A stretch of DNA of 64,000 bases, taken from the NCBI GenBank assembly GCA_951406725.2, contig OX597822.1:39308001-39372000 (forward strand). Direction: 5' to 3'. This stretch comes from Octopus vulgaris (taxonomy: Eukaryota). The notes under the pieces are model-generated. The model searched no databases and was not told the origin of the DNA. It saw only the letters and a program-made list of their open reading frames with translations. This document shows, piece after piece, positions 26,032 through 41,489 of the stretch; position 1 is the stretch's first letter, and every line of letters starts with the position of its first letter. A program made the position numbers and the translations under genes.

Positions 26032-26577
26032 GAGTGAGAGAGCAGTGCATGCCATCAAAGTGACACTGGGGTAAAATATACGAAGCCCAATATACCCATC
26101 ATGACTACCCGTCTGATAAGGGTACACCAGGCACAACCATATGTGCGCGACATGGTGATCTCATATCAAGATAAACAGCACATGACCTTGCAGGTGAGGC
26201 CCAGTTAGAATTTTCTTCAGGTTGAGTAGCCCATCCTGCTCAAAAGGTCCCTGAATAAGGGTTGCTTTAGGATGTTGAACGAAACACCCATGTTTCCAGA
26301 GGTGAACTATTCAAACTCCAAAGAATCCCTCTCAACACATGGCTATGATGCTCCCCCACTACTTCTGCTCGTGATCAGAGATGCACGTATTGTCAGCCAC
26401 TAAGGGACATGCTCAACTGGTTATGGTCAAACAACTGACAAGCAAATCTGTGGTATTGAGCAGAATATTTGCTGTAGCCCATCTTTTATACCAAGACAAA
26501 ACAATGTACATGATGACACCTCCAATCAGTTAAGATCAGAAGCCATGAGAGCCACTGCCTGGTACTGCATCAGGGCA

Positions 26578-26579
<2 letters not shown>
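26032..26579 (-). mobile_element. Family D: ~550-bp non-coding element embedded in (TAA)n, full length
   Basis: Minus strand AATGCCCTGATGCAGTACCAGG...GCACTGCTCTCTCACTC; TAA arrays on both sides; five copies in the window. Confidence 0.85.
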
Positions 26580-26637
<58 letters not shown>

Positions 26638-26643
26638 GTTGTT

Positions 26644-26708
<65 letters not shown>

Positions 26709-26726
26709 AGTTGTTGTTGTTGTTGT

Positions 26727-26909
26727 GCTGGCAGAAACTTTAGCACGCCGGGCGAAATGCTTAGCGGTATTTCGTCTGCCTCTACGTTCTGAGTTAAAAT
26801 TCCGCCGAGGTCGACTTTGCATTTAATCCCCTGGGGGTCGATAAATTAAGTACCAGTTGCGTACTGGAGTCGATCTAATGTTTTGGGCCTTGTTCCTAGA
26901 ATAGAAGAG

Positions 26910-26910
<1 letters not shown>
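26727..26910 (+). mobile_element. Family B SINE; further copies at 31418-31645, 31670-31845, 32643-32858, 33285-33470, 50625-50790, 58057-58165 (all -) and 59030-59420 (+)
   Basis: GCTGGCAGAAAC...CCGCCGAGGTCGACTTTGC...GGGTCGATAAATTAAGTACCAG. Confidence 0.85.
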
Positions 26911-28326
<1,416 letters not shown>

Positions 28327-28598
28327 TGTTGTTTTATTATTGTTTCTATTTTTGTTCTATTTTTAGCATTTATATATTTACTCTTGTATCCAATTTCGTT
28401 TCTTTTTTTTTTTTTTTTTGCTTTTTCATTTTTCTATTTCTTGTCTTCTTTCGTCTGAGAAGATTTTTCTAGATGGAAAGGAATTCCTCGTGATTAGTCT
28501 CTAACCAGAATTCCTTTCGAAGGTTTGGACTCCGAAATAAGCACACAAACTTTGTAACTTGGCCCCAGTTTTGGCGCTTTTCGTTTGCGTTTTACATT

Positions 28599-28629
<31 letters not shown>

Positions 28630-29213
28630 TTTTATTTTCGATATTGTTGCTACAACTCATGCTGTTGTTACTGTTGCTGCTCCTGTTGTTGTTGTTGTTG
28701 TTGTTATCATTTTAAACCTGATAATACATATCTGTCTGTCTGTTAGTCTGGGAAGCCACTCTTGAAATTCTAGGTCAACTGGTCGGCGTTTTTCACTGCC
28801 GCATGGCGGATTTGTAAAATTGTCAACTTTCGAAAATAGAATCTACTGCTGTTGTTGCTGTTGTTGTTGCTGTTGTTGTTGTTGTTGTTGTTGCTGTTGT
28901 TGTTGTTATTGTTCCCGTCGTTGCTCTTTCTTTCGTCTTTGTTGATGCAAGAACATAATGTGTGTGTTTATGTATGTGTATGTGTGTGTGTGTGTGTGTG
29001 TACATTTATGCATGCGTCTGTGTATGAGCATATATGTTTATGTGGAAATGTTAGTGTGTGCAAATGCATACACATAAACACACACATACAAACACATATG
29101 TGCATACACACACACACATATATATTCACATTAAAAATTCATACATAGATACATACATACAAACGAGAGCGTGTATTCATTTTCTACAGCTGTGACACGA
29201 AACACACACATAC

Positions 29214-29294
<81 letters not shown>

Positions 29295-29695
29295 AACACA
29301 CACATACACACACATACACACACACATATATATATGTGGAGGCGCAATGGGCCCAGTGGTTAGGATAGCGGTTTCGATTCCCAGACCGAGCGTGGTGAGT
29401 GTTCACTGGCCAAAAACACCTAAAGCTCAACGAGGCTCCGGCAGTGGGTGGTGGCGAACCCTGCTGTACTCTTTCACCACAACTTTTTCTCACCCTTTCT
29501 TCTTGTTTCTGTTGTACCTGTATTTCAAAGGGCCAGCCTTGTTACACTGTGTGTGACGCTGAACTCCCCCGAGAACTACTTTAAGGGTACACATGTCTGT
29601 GGAGTGCTCAGCCACTTGCACATTAATTACACGAGTAGGCTGTTCCGTTGATCAGATCAACTGGAACCTTCGTCGTCGTAAGCGACAGAGTGCCA

Positions 29696-29789
<94 letters not shown>

Positions 29790-30062
29790 ATATATAAATA
29801 TATATATATACTCTTTTACTTGTTTCAGTCACTTAACTGCGGCCATGCTGGAGCACCGCCTTTAGTCGAGCAAATCGACCCCAGGACTTATTTTTGGGAA
29901 GCCTAGTACTTATTCTATCGATCTCTTTTGCCGAACCTCTAAGTTATGGGGACGTAAATACACCAGCATCTGTTGTCAAGTTATGTTGGGAGGACAAACA
30001 GACGCACAAACATACATACATACATACATACATACATACATACATACATACACATACATACA

Positions 30063-30162
<100 letters not shown>

Positions 30163-30341
30163 TAGATAAGAAAGTTTGTTTGGTAAAGCACGTGGGTGAA
30201 TATATAAGAAAATAGTAAAGTGTGAAAAAACGACAGAAGGCTTAAATGTTAAAAAATATATATATTTGTGTCAAAATGTCTGGAGAATATTGGAAAAATT
30301 TTTTTTCCTTTCCTTAAAATAACATAATTTTAAAATTTTTA

Positions 30342-30381
30342 AAGAAATTACCGGTTTCGCGTGTAGCTTTTCAAATTTCTT
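30342..30381 (-). ncRNA. Minimal type-I hammerhead motif with U3-A8 compensatory core, inside a ~250-bp element between (TA)n tracts
   Basis: AAGAAAU-UUGAAAA-GC-UACAC-GC-GAA-ACCGGU-A-AUUUCUU: 7-bp stem I, palindromic stem III, GUA triplet. Confidence 0.65.
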
Positions 30382-30436
30382 GTGACGTTATGTTTATATT
30401 GCATGGAGTTATCGTTATATATATATATATATATAT

Positions 30437-31379
<943 letters not shown>

Positions 31380-31895
31380 TATATAAACTTTTACCGAATA
31401 TGGTCCTTTTCCATACCTATTTCTTTATTACCCACAAAGGGCTAAACACAGAGGGGACAAACAAGGACAGACATAGGTATTAAGTCGATTACATCGACCC
31501 CAGTGCTTAACTGGTACTTAATTTATCGACCCCGAAAGGATGAAAGGAAAAGTCGATCTCGGCGGAATTTGAACTCACAACATAACGCAGACGAAATACC
31601 GCTAAGCATTTCGTCCGGCGTGCTAACATTTCTGCCAGCTCGCCGTCCTTTTCCATACCGAATATACTACTAGGTGAAATCGATTACATCGATCCCGGTG
31701 CTCAACTGGTACTAATTCTAAAGACCCCAAAAGGATGAAAGCAAAGTCGAACACGGCGGAATTTGAACTCAGAACATAGCGATGCGCTAAAATACCGCTA
31801 AGCACTTTGCCCAGCGTGCTAACGTTTCTGCTAGCTCGCCGCCTTAAATAATAGTAGTAGTAGTAGTAATAATATTAATAATAATAATAATAATA

Positions 31896-31952
<57 letters not shown>

Positions 31953-31955
<3 letters not shown>

Positions 31956-32507
31956 GCTCTAATGCTGTACCAGGCAGTGGTTCTAATGGCTTCTGATCTT
32001 AACTGATTGGAAGTGTTATGTACGTGTTTTGTCTTGGTATAAAAGATGGGCTACAGCAAATATTTTGCTTAATACCACAGATATGCTTGTCAGTTGTTTG
32101 ACCATAACCAGTTGAGCATATCCCTTAGTGGCTGACGATATGTGCATCTCTGATCACGAGCAGAAGTAGTGGGGGAGCATCAAGGCCATGTGTTGAGAGG
32201 GATTCTTTGGGGTTTGAATAATTAACCTTTGGAAACATGGGTGTTTCGTTCAACATTCTCAAACAACCCTTATTCAGGGACCTTTTGAGCGGGATGGGCT
32301 ACTCGACCTGAAGAAAATTCTGACTGGGTCCCATCTGCAGTATTATGCGCTGTTTATCTTGATATGAGATCACTGTATCACACACATATATTATTGTGAT
32401 GCATGTGCCTTGTGTACTCTTATCTGAGAGGTAGTCATGATGGGTATACTTGGATTCATATATTTTATGCCAGTGTCACTTTGATAGGATGCACTGCCCT
32501 CGCATTC
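31953..32507 (+). mobile_element. Family D element, full length, in (TAA)n
   Basis: Colinear with 40741-41294; TAA arrays at 31850-31952 and 32508-32642. Confidence 0.85.
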
Positions 32508-32552
32508 AATAATAATAATAATAATAATGATAATAATAATAATAACAACAAC

Positions 32553-32602
<50 letters not shown>

Positions 32603-32878
32603 TAATAATAATAATAATAATAATAGTGATAATAATAATAATCCTTTCTACAAGAGGAATAAGCCCTCAAATTTGCGGGGAGGAGACTAGTCGATTACAT
32701 CAAAACCAGTGTTTCATTGGTACTTAATTTTTCGACCCCGAAAGGATGAGAGGAAAAGTCGATCTCGGCGGAATTCGAACTCAGAACATTAATGACTAAC
32801 GAAATACCGCTAAGAATCTCGCCCCCAGCGTGCAAACAGTTCTTCCAGCTCGCCCTCTTAATAATAATGATGATGATG

Positions 32879-32945
<67 letters not shown>

Positions 32946-34269
32946 TAACAAAAACAATCATAAACTTTCTCGTCGAAAGCGACGTATGAGCATTCAGCCT
33001 TTGTCGAATGACCTGCACAAATGATTCGTTTATTGTGATCAAATGTTTGTGCTGTATGTTAGCTAACTCTCTCCATTAAATCGATGTTGTCTGAACAAAG
33101 GCACGGCGTACCACGCATCAGGTATCGAACTGATCACAGAACAACGTGAGATGGAGTGCTTTGCTCAGAAAAAACGCACCATCCGGTCTAGAAATTGAAA
33201 CTACGATCTCGCAGTCATAACTGCAACACCGTAAACACTAGGCCAGGCACACTCACAACAGCAACAATGATAATAATTACAAATATTAGCACAAGGCCAG
33301 CATGTTCCGAGGAGGCGGTTAGTCAATTACATCGACCCCCGTGCTCAACGGGTACTTATCGATCTCAAAAGTATGAAAGGCAAAGTCGACCTGGGCGGAT
33401 TTGAACTCAGGACGGAAATTTAGAAGAAATGCCGCTAGGCATTTTTGAGCGCATTAACCAGTTCGCCGTCTTAACAAACAAAATCAACAATAATAATGCA
33501 ATTAACAATAACGATAGTCCGTACGTATTACTGGTACTTATTTAATCAAGCGTTCAATATGCTGCAAATGTATGCAGCTAAGTTACAGTTTGGCAAAATT
33601 TTAAGGCGATAAAATTAAATATGGAAGAAGCAGACGATACATTTAACTGATTAGCAGACGTTAGTTTGTCGGACAATCAGAGTGAAACACAGTAACGTTC
33701 AGACGACCACCAGGATTCGTGAGAAGACAATCGATAATCAAATCAACAGAGTATTATTATTAGCAAGAAGAATAAAAAAATAACAAACAATAACATCAAC
33801 AACAAAACCTGAGAGAAAATAAAAATGATAGAGAAAGAAAAAAACATGATCAGACGACAGATTGTCAATCGATAAAACAATAGCTAGGCTGAATATAACA
33901 ACTTCAAGTTTAAGAATAAAACCTGAAGAAAAAAAGAAGACAAGGAAACAACAACAGAATCAACAATAGAAGTGAACAAAATCAATGGAAGTTAATATTC
34001 AATAAGACCAACGGTGGTTGGTTTAGACTAAAACATCGGCGAATGATCAAATGTCAAGCATTTTGACTTTTGAAAAATTGCCAAAAAAATATAGAAACAT
34101 ATAGAAAAATATATACATATAAATAAAGAATAAAGTGTATAAGGGAGATGGGAGGGAGAGGATGATGGAAAGAGGGAGGAGGAGAGAGACTGATGGAAAG
34201 AGAATTAGAGAAAGAGAGAAAGAGAGAGAGAGAGATGAGAGAATGAGAAACTTCTAGAAACTTATAAAA

Positions 34270-35208
34270 CAGAAAGTAAATGGAGGAGAAAGAAAGGGAA
34301 AGCGAAGACGATGAGGAGGTGGCGGTGGTAGTGAAGGAGGTGGCGGTGGTAGTGAAGGAGGTGGCATTGGTGGTGGTGGTGCTGACAGACGTGGTGATTG
34401 CAGTGGAGTTGGTAGTGGTTGTAGTGGTAGTTGTAATAGTTGTGGTGGTGGTATTGATGGTGAGGGGTATTTGTAGTGGATTTGGCGGTTTGTGGTGGTG
34501 GTGGTGGCGGTTTTGATATGATGGTTGTAGTAGCAGCTGTGTTGGTGGTTGCGTTGGTGGTTTTGGTGACGGTGGTTGGGGTGGTGGTGATGATGATGAT
34601 GATGATGATGGCGATGGTGATAATGGTGCTGGTGTTGGTGGCGGTGTTGGCGGTGACGGTGATGACGGATGAAGATGAGGGTGGTGGTGGTATGATGATG
34701 ATGATGATGACGGCGATGAGGAGGTGAGGAAGATGAGGATGATGATGATGATGATGACGACGACGACGACGATGAAGATGGTGTTGGCGATGATGATGAT
34801 GATGATGATGATAATGATGATGGTGGTGGTGGTATTGGGGTGATGGTTGCGGTGTTGATAGTGATAATGATGGTGGTGGTGGAAGTAATGGTGAAGATGA
34901 TGGTGGTGGTGGTGGTTGCGGTCTTAGTAGTAATGATGATGTTGATGATGTTGGTGGAAGTAGCAGCGATGATGATGATGGTGGTGGTGGTTGCGGTGTT
35001 GATAGTGATGATGAAGATGATGATGATGGTGGTGGAGGTAATGGTGAAGATCACGGTGGTGGTGGTGGCTGCAATGCTGGTAGTGATGAAGATGATGATG
35101 ATGGTGGTGGTGGTGGAGGTAATGGTGAAGATCATGGTGGTGGCGGTTGCAGTGTTGGTAGTGATGAAGAGGAGGATAACGATGACGATGTTGGTGGAGG
35201 CAATGGTT

Positions 35209-35265
<57 letters not shown>

Positions 35266-35290
35266 GTAATGGTGGTGGCAGCGGTGGAGG
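34270..35290. repeat. Low-complexity GGT/GAT trinucleotide mosaic with ~60-66-bp higher-order duplications
   Basis: Direct reading; recurring GGAGGTAATGGTGAAGAT...GGTTGCGGTGTTGATAGTGATGA. Confidence 0.85.
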
Positions 35291-36499
35291 TTGATAACAT
35301 CGCCTTAGTTGGTGATGACCTGCAGTAGATGACATATTACACACAAACAGCACAACGATGGCTATTTTCTTCATGAGCTGCCATCTTCATTACCATCGAT
35401 TTATTAAAAAACATTGTCCCAGCCATTCAAATCTCAGGGATGCAGTGACTAACCGAGCTTTTTTTCTTTTTTAATCTTTTCTTTGTTTTTCTTTCTGTCT
35501 GTTTGTCTTCATCTCTCTGCCTCTCTCCCTCCCTCCCTCCCTCCGTCTCTCCTTGTCTCTCTGTCTCTCTGTCTCTCCCACTCGCTTTCGTTGCTTTTCC
35601 ATTGTCATCCGATCATCCTCCGTTCCTCTGCTTTCTTCACTCTACCTGGTCTTGCTCCAGCTCTGTCTGTCTGTCTGTCTGTCGGTCTGTCAGTCTCAAT
35701 GTCTGTCTCAATGTCTCAATGTCTGTTGATCTATCGGTCTGGCTGTTTGTTCATGCGTGTGTGTGTGTGTATGTGTATGTGTGTGTATGTGAGTGCATGC
35801 GTGTGCGTATATGTATGTGAGTGCATGCGTGTGTGCGTAGTGTGGGTATGTGTAAGTGTGTGTGGAAATGTACGTGTGTTTGCGCGTGTGTATATATATA
35901 TATATGTGTGTGTATGTGTGTGCGTGTGCATGTGTGTGTATGTGTGTGTGTATGTGTGTGTGTGTATGTGTATGTGTGCACGCACGCGTGTGTGTATATG
36001 TGTGTATGTGTATACGTGTGAGCGTGTGCACGTGCATGTGTGTGTGCGCGCGTGTGTAGGTGTGCGTGTATGTGTATGTGAGTGCGTGCGTGTGTGCGAA
36101 TGTGTGTGCATGTGTATGTGCGTGCGTGTGTGTGTCTGTATCTGTGTGTGTGCGCGTGTTTATGTGTGTGTGTGTGCGCGTGTGTATGTATGCGTGTCCA
36201 TGCGTATGTATGCGTGTGCGTGCGTGCGTGTGTGTGCGTGTGTATGTGTGTGTGTCAGTCTGTACTCTTGCTTGTCTACGCGCGCGCGCGCTTATCTATA
36301 AGGGTTGTGTGTCAGTTTCTGTCTACCTGATTCTGACCTTGTCTGTCTCCCTATCATCACTCTCTCTCTCTATCACTCTCTCTGTGCACCTCTCTCTCTC
36401 TCTCCCTCTCTGTGCATCTCATTATGTGCATCTCTCTGTGTCTGCATCTCACTCTCTGCATCTCTCTCTGTGAATTTCTCCCTCCCCCCTCCCGCCCCG

Positions 36500-36587
<88 letters not shown>

Positions 36588-36700
36588 CTCTCACACCGTC
36601 TCCGATATTAATAAACATCCTAGAAACAGCTGTAAGACCTTCTATGTATAAATGCCCTAATATCTACACAGCCTTGGCTTTTATCTTATTACGCTAAACA

Positions 36701-36749
<49 letters not shown>

Positions 36750-37013
36750 TTGGAAAAGGATGCGTGGCGTTCGATCATATAATAATATAAATAATATATA
36801 AATATATGCATATATACATACATATATGTACATACCTACATACATATGTATATATACATGCATATATGGGTACAGGACATAAAAAAACGTTGAACACAAT
36901 GAGAAACGAAAACATAAAAACAAATAGAAACGAACTTTTTTCAAACAATGAAAAAAAACAGAGAAATGAGACATACAACATAAAGAATATTGCCCTTCTT
37001 CTGTTGTCCCTGT

Positions 37014-37096
<83 letters not shown>

Positions 37097-38194
37097 ATGA
37101 TGGACTCTCTTGTCGAAGACGACGACGTATGAGAGTTCAGCTTTTACCGATCGACCTGCACAAATGATTTGTCCATATTGATCAAATGTTCGTGCCGCAC
37201 ACTGACTCATTCTCTCCATCAAATCGACGTTGTCTGAACAGGTGAACGGTGTACCACACGTCAGGTGTCAAAGTGACCGTAGACCAAACGTGAGGTGAAG
37301 TGTTTTGCTGAAGAACACAACGTACCGCTCGGTCTAGGAATTGAAACTACGATACATATGCATATATCTATGTATGTGTGTCTAGGATATCTTCTCCGTA
37401 AAAAGACAATTTGACCATAACTAATACGACGTCCCAACTAGGTTACAAGTGGTTGTTTTAATCCAAAACATGGGAACTGCTGTTTATATAAGGAAGACAA
37501 ATGCGAGAACCCCCCACCACCACCTCAAAAAAACACTTTAGCTGTTTAAAAGTAACTGTATTGTAATTGATCTAGCAAATATAATCTGGTCAATCGCGCA
37601 AGTTTATTTTTTTTTTATATGTTATCTTTCAACACAAACCACCAGTATCTTTTTGTTTTTTTTTTTGTTTTTTTTATTAAATGCTGTTAAAGAACAATTT
37701 TCATGACAGAACTCACTGACAATGCAACGAATACGAAAAGCACCGTGGGACCTCGGGTGAGTTATCTCTTGTGTGTTAGCTGCTGTACGTGGTGGCTTGA
37801 GTAGTATACGTCAGCTAAGGTTGTGGTGCCGTTATCAAAGATATCTCTGGAGCACCGCCTTGAAAAGGTTATGCTAGAGCTTTTACAATAGGATTTCTTT
37901 ACAACCATCGGAGCGCGAAACGCTCCTCACAAACGCAAGTTCGTGAGATGGTTGTGATCTGTAAACAATTTTGAGTAGGAACCGGAAAGAGAAGTATGAA
38001 CATGCAATGCGTATGTGCACAATGAATTCGTAAAACAGAAGAGAAGTCTATAAACGCAACGCGCATGTCAAAATAGAATGGAAAAGAAATTATATGGATG
38101 GTCGCCATGCCACGTCTGACGCCACTATCAAGCAGCTTTGCTGCAATTTTCTTGTTATTAATTTAATCTAATCATTCCATATTCCTAAATATGC

Positions 38195-38392
38195 CGAGAT
38201 TGTGGTTTCGATTCCTGGACCGAGCGACGAGTTATGTTCTTGAGCAAAACACTTCATTTCACGTTGCTACAGTCCTCTCACCTGGCAAAAGTGAGTAATT
38301 CTGCGACGGATTTGCGTCCCGTCAAGGTGGGGAATTTATATGACATAGAAACAAGGAAACCGGCCCTTATGAGCCTGCATAACACGACAAGG
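38195..38392 (+). mobile_element. 5'-truncated SINE with CORE-like body and tail T2
   Basis: GTTTCGATTCC, TTCTTGAGCAAAACACTT, GCGACGGATTTGCGTCCCGTCAAGGTGGGGAA. Confidence 0.75.
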
Positions 38393-38398
38393 TAAACT

Positions 38399-38650
38399 CT
38401 ACTGTTCACTGAATGTTGGGTCTTTTGGGTGCTTGGATAAGATGCTGATGTCAAGTTGACCCAAGTTGCCTCCATGGTGGTCTTTGGCATGTTGGTAGAG
38501 TATAGGGGACTGTTTTTTGTCGTTATATTGTCTCAGATGTTCATTTAGTCGTTCCGCAATACTCCTAGATGTCTCCCCTATGTACGTCATGTTCATGCCT
38601 TTACAAGCAACTTCTATGCATCTTATGCTGTAAACTACATTTCGATTTGA
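38399..38650 (-). pseudogene. GIY-YIG endonuclease fragment of a Penelope-like element
   Basis: NVVYSIRC...C....YIGETSRSIAERLNEH...S.ILYQH...H. Confidence 0.85.
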
Positions 38651-38899
38651 TAAAAGATAGATAGATAGATAGACAGATAGATAGAGTGAGTGAGAGAATG
38701 AAAGACAGAGGGACCAGAAAAGAAAGTGGAGAAAGATAAACCCTAACTTAACAGGGTCTTTATACAGCAGCAACTGAGAAATTTTATTAAGCGTATGTAT
38801 GACATTGTTGATAATTTCTCTACAGATGCACGCGCGTGCCCACATATATTTACACACAGACACACATACACACACTGTCTTAACACTTTAGTTTTATAT

Positions 38900-38957
<58 letters not shown>

Positions 38958-39070
38958 ACACTCACACTCATGCACACGCACATACGCATTGTGTGTGTAT
39001 TTACTCATTATTAATCTAAGATCATTGGCTGGTGCATTACAGGACCTTGTGCCAATGTAGAAGTTTCACT

Positions 39071-39133
<63 letters not shown>

Positions 39134-39390
39134 ATCCGGGTGTTCTTGCTTTTCCGCCCTCGTCTCCGTCTAAGATGCATTGGTATGTTTCTTTTTTCCT
39201 TTTGCCATATATCTAATGAGGTCCCACCTACCCGGAAGCAGTTGGTACAAGAGTGTTGTAGGTCTGTTTGGTAACCCTAGACATGGGGCGGTGGTCCCGT
39301 TGAAGGTCCTGTCATAAGCTGAAGGGCAAATAGTATAGAGTGCTAAAGAGCTGTGGGAAAAGAAGCGAGAGTGACAGGAGAAGAAGAAAT

Positions 39391-39443
<53 letters not shown>

Positions 39444-39527
39444 TTGAGAGAGTAAAGAATGAGTTGACTCTTCCATTGCGACGTAGCAAAGAAATATCGT
39501 ATGATGTCGGAAATAACAAATACGCTC

Positions 39528-39616
<89 letters not shown>

Positions 39617-39729
39617 TGTGTATGTGTGTGTATGTGTGTGTGTGTGTGCGTACACGTACACATACACATATATATGTATAGGATATATACAAAACACACA
39701 TATGTACATATATATGTAAATATGCATGA

Positions 39730-39805
<76 letters not shown>

Positions 39806-39953
39806 CACATACATATATATATGTATTTATAGGCATGTATATACATATATATGAATTTATAGATATTTATGAATATATATATGTATATATATATATATAT
39901 ATACATATATATGGATGTATATGTATATACACACACACAAATACACACGCACA

Positions 39954-39991
<38 letters not shown>

Positions 39992-40548
39992 TATATATAT
40001 ATGCATGTATGTATGTAAATTTTTATATACAACCACACGTACTTAAACACTCACACACACGAGCGGACTTTCTACTAGCAGGAACCATCATCAGATGTCA
40101 CAAAATAAACACCCTTAATATGCCATTCATATACTGCACTGGCAATTCTCGCAGAGTTTCCACTTTCTATATTTCCTCTGACACTTGCTACGTATTAGAC
40201 TCCGACGGGACAAGACAAAAATAGAATATGTAAACAAAAACATCAACGTCGGCAATAACAATAGCCAAAAACAAAGGATTTGGAATGTGTGGAGTCGAAT
40301 CGATGACATGGCCGTTCGGTTCTTCATTGTGTATCGCCCAAATATTGGGTTTTTTTTTTTTACTCGTTTCAGTTATTATACTGCGGCCATGCTCGGTGGA
40401 GCACTTGCAGTAAACAGCACTGCTTGGAGCTGCTCGAATACTCCGGATGGTGTTCGAAAAATAAGGGGTGTTACCTTAGTTCACTGGAAGTGAACAGCTG
40501 ACACCGTAGTACGTTTCCAGCGATAGAAGCTGTGCAAAGACAATGATA

Positions 40549-40592
<44 letters not shown>

Positions 40593-40626
40593 AATGATGA
40601 TGATAATAATAATAATAATAATAATG

Positions 40627-40737
<111 letters not shown>

Positions 40738-40740
40738 GTA

Positions 40741-41294
40741 AATGCCCTGATGCAGTACCAGGCAGTGGCTCTCGTGGCTTCTGATCTTAACTGATTGGAA
40801 GTGTTGTCGTGTATAATGTTTTGTCTTGGCATAAAAGATGGGCTACAGCAAATATTTTGCTTAATACCACAGATATGCTTGTCAGTTGTTTGACCTTAAC
40901 CACTTGAGTATGTCCCTTAGTGGCTGACGATTTGTGCATCTCTGATCACGAGTAGAAATAGTGGGGGAGCATCATAGCCATGTGTTGAGAGGGATTTCTT
41001 TGGGGTTTGAATAATTCACTCTGGAAACATGGGTATTTCGTTCAACATTCTTAAACAACCCTTATTCAGGAACCTCTTGAGCGGGATGGGTTACTCGACC
41101 AGAAGAATATTTTAACTGGGCCCCACCTGCAAGGTCATGTGTTGTTTATCTTGATATGAGATCACCATGTCGCGCACATATAGTTGTGATGCATGTGCCT
41201 GGTGTACTCTTATCAGACGGGTAGTCATGATGGATATACTGGATTTCGTATATTTTACCCCAGTGTCACTTTGGCATGCACTGCTCTTTCACTC
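40741..41294 (+). mobile_element. Family D element, full length, first unit of the TAA train
   Basis: Flanked by (ATG/ATA)n 40543-40740 and (AAT)n 41295-41488. Confidence 0.85.
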
Positions 41295-41361
<67 letters not shown>

Positions 41362-41489
41362 GTTATAGTGATAATGATAATAATAATAACAACAACAACA
41401 ACAATAATGATAATAATAATAATAATAATAGTAATAATAATAATAATAATAACAACAACAACAACAACAACAACAACAATAATAATAAA

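Noticed and set aside
34254-35328. 348-aa and 162-aa ORFs; possible Gly/Asp-rich structural protein
   Set aside because: Trinucleotide mosaic; the Gly/Asp frame shifts near 34835, and I see no splice or domain evidence
40741-41130. HDV-like ribozyme in family D
   Set aside because: A CUAA-CUGGG motif is present but I could not build a convincing nested double pseudoknot by eye; left as a test
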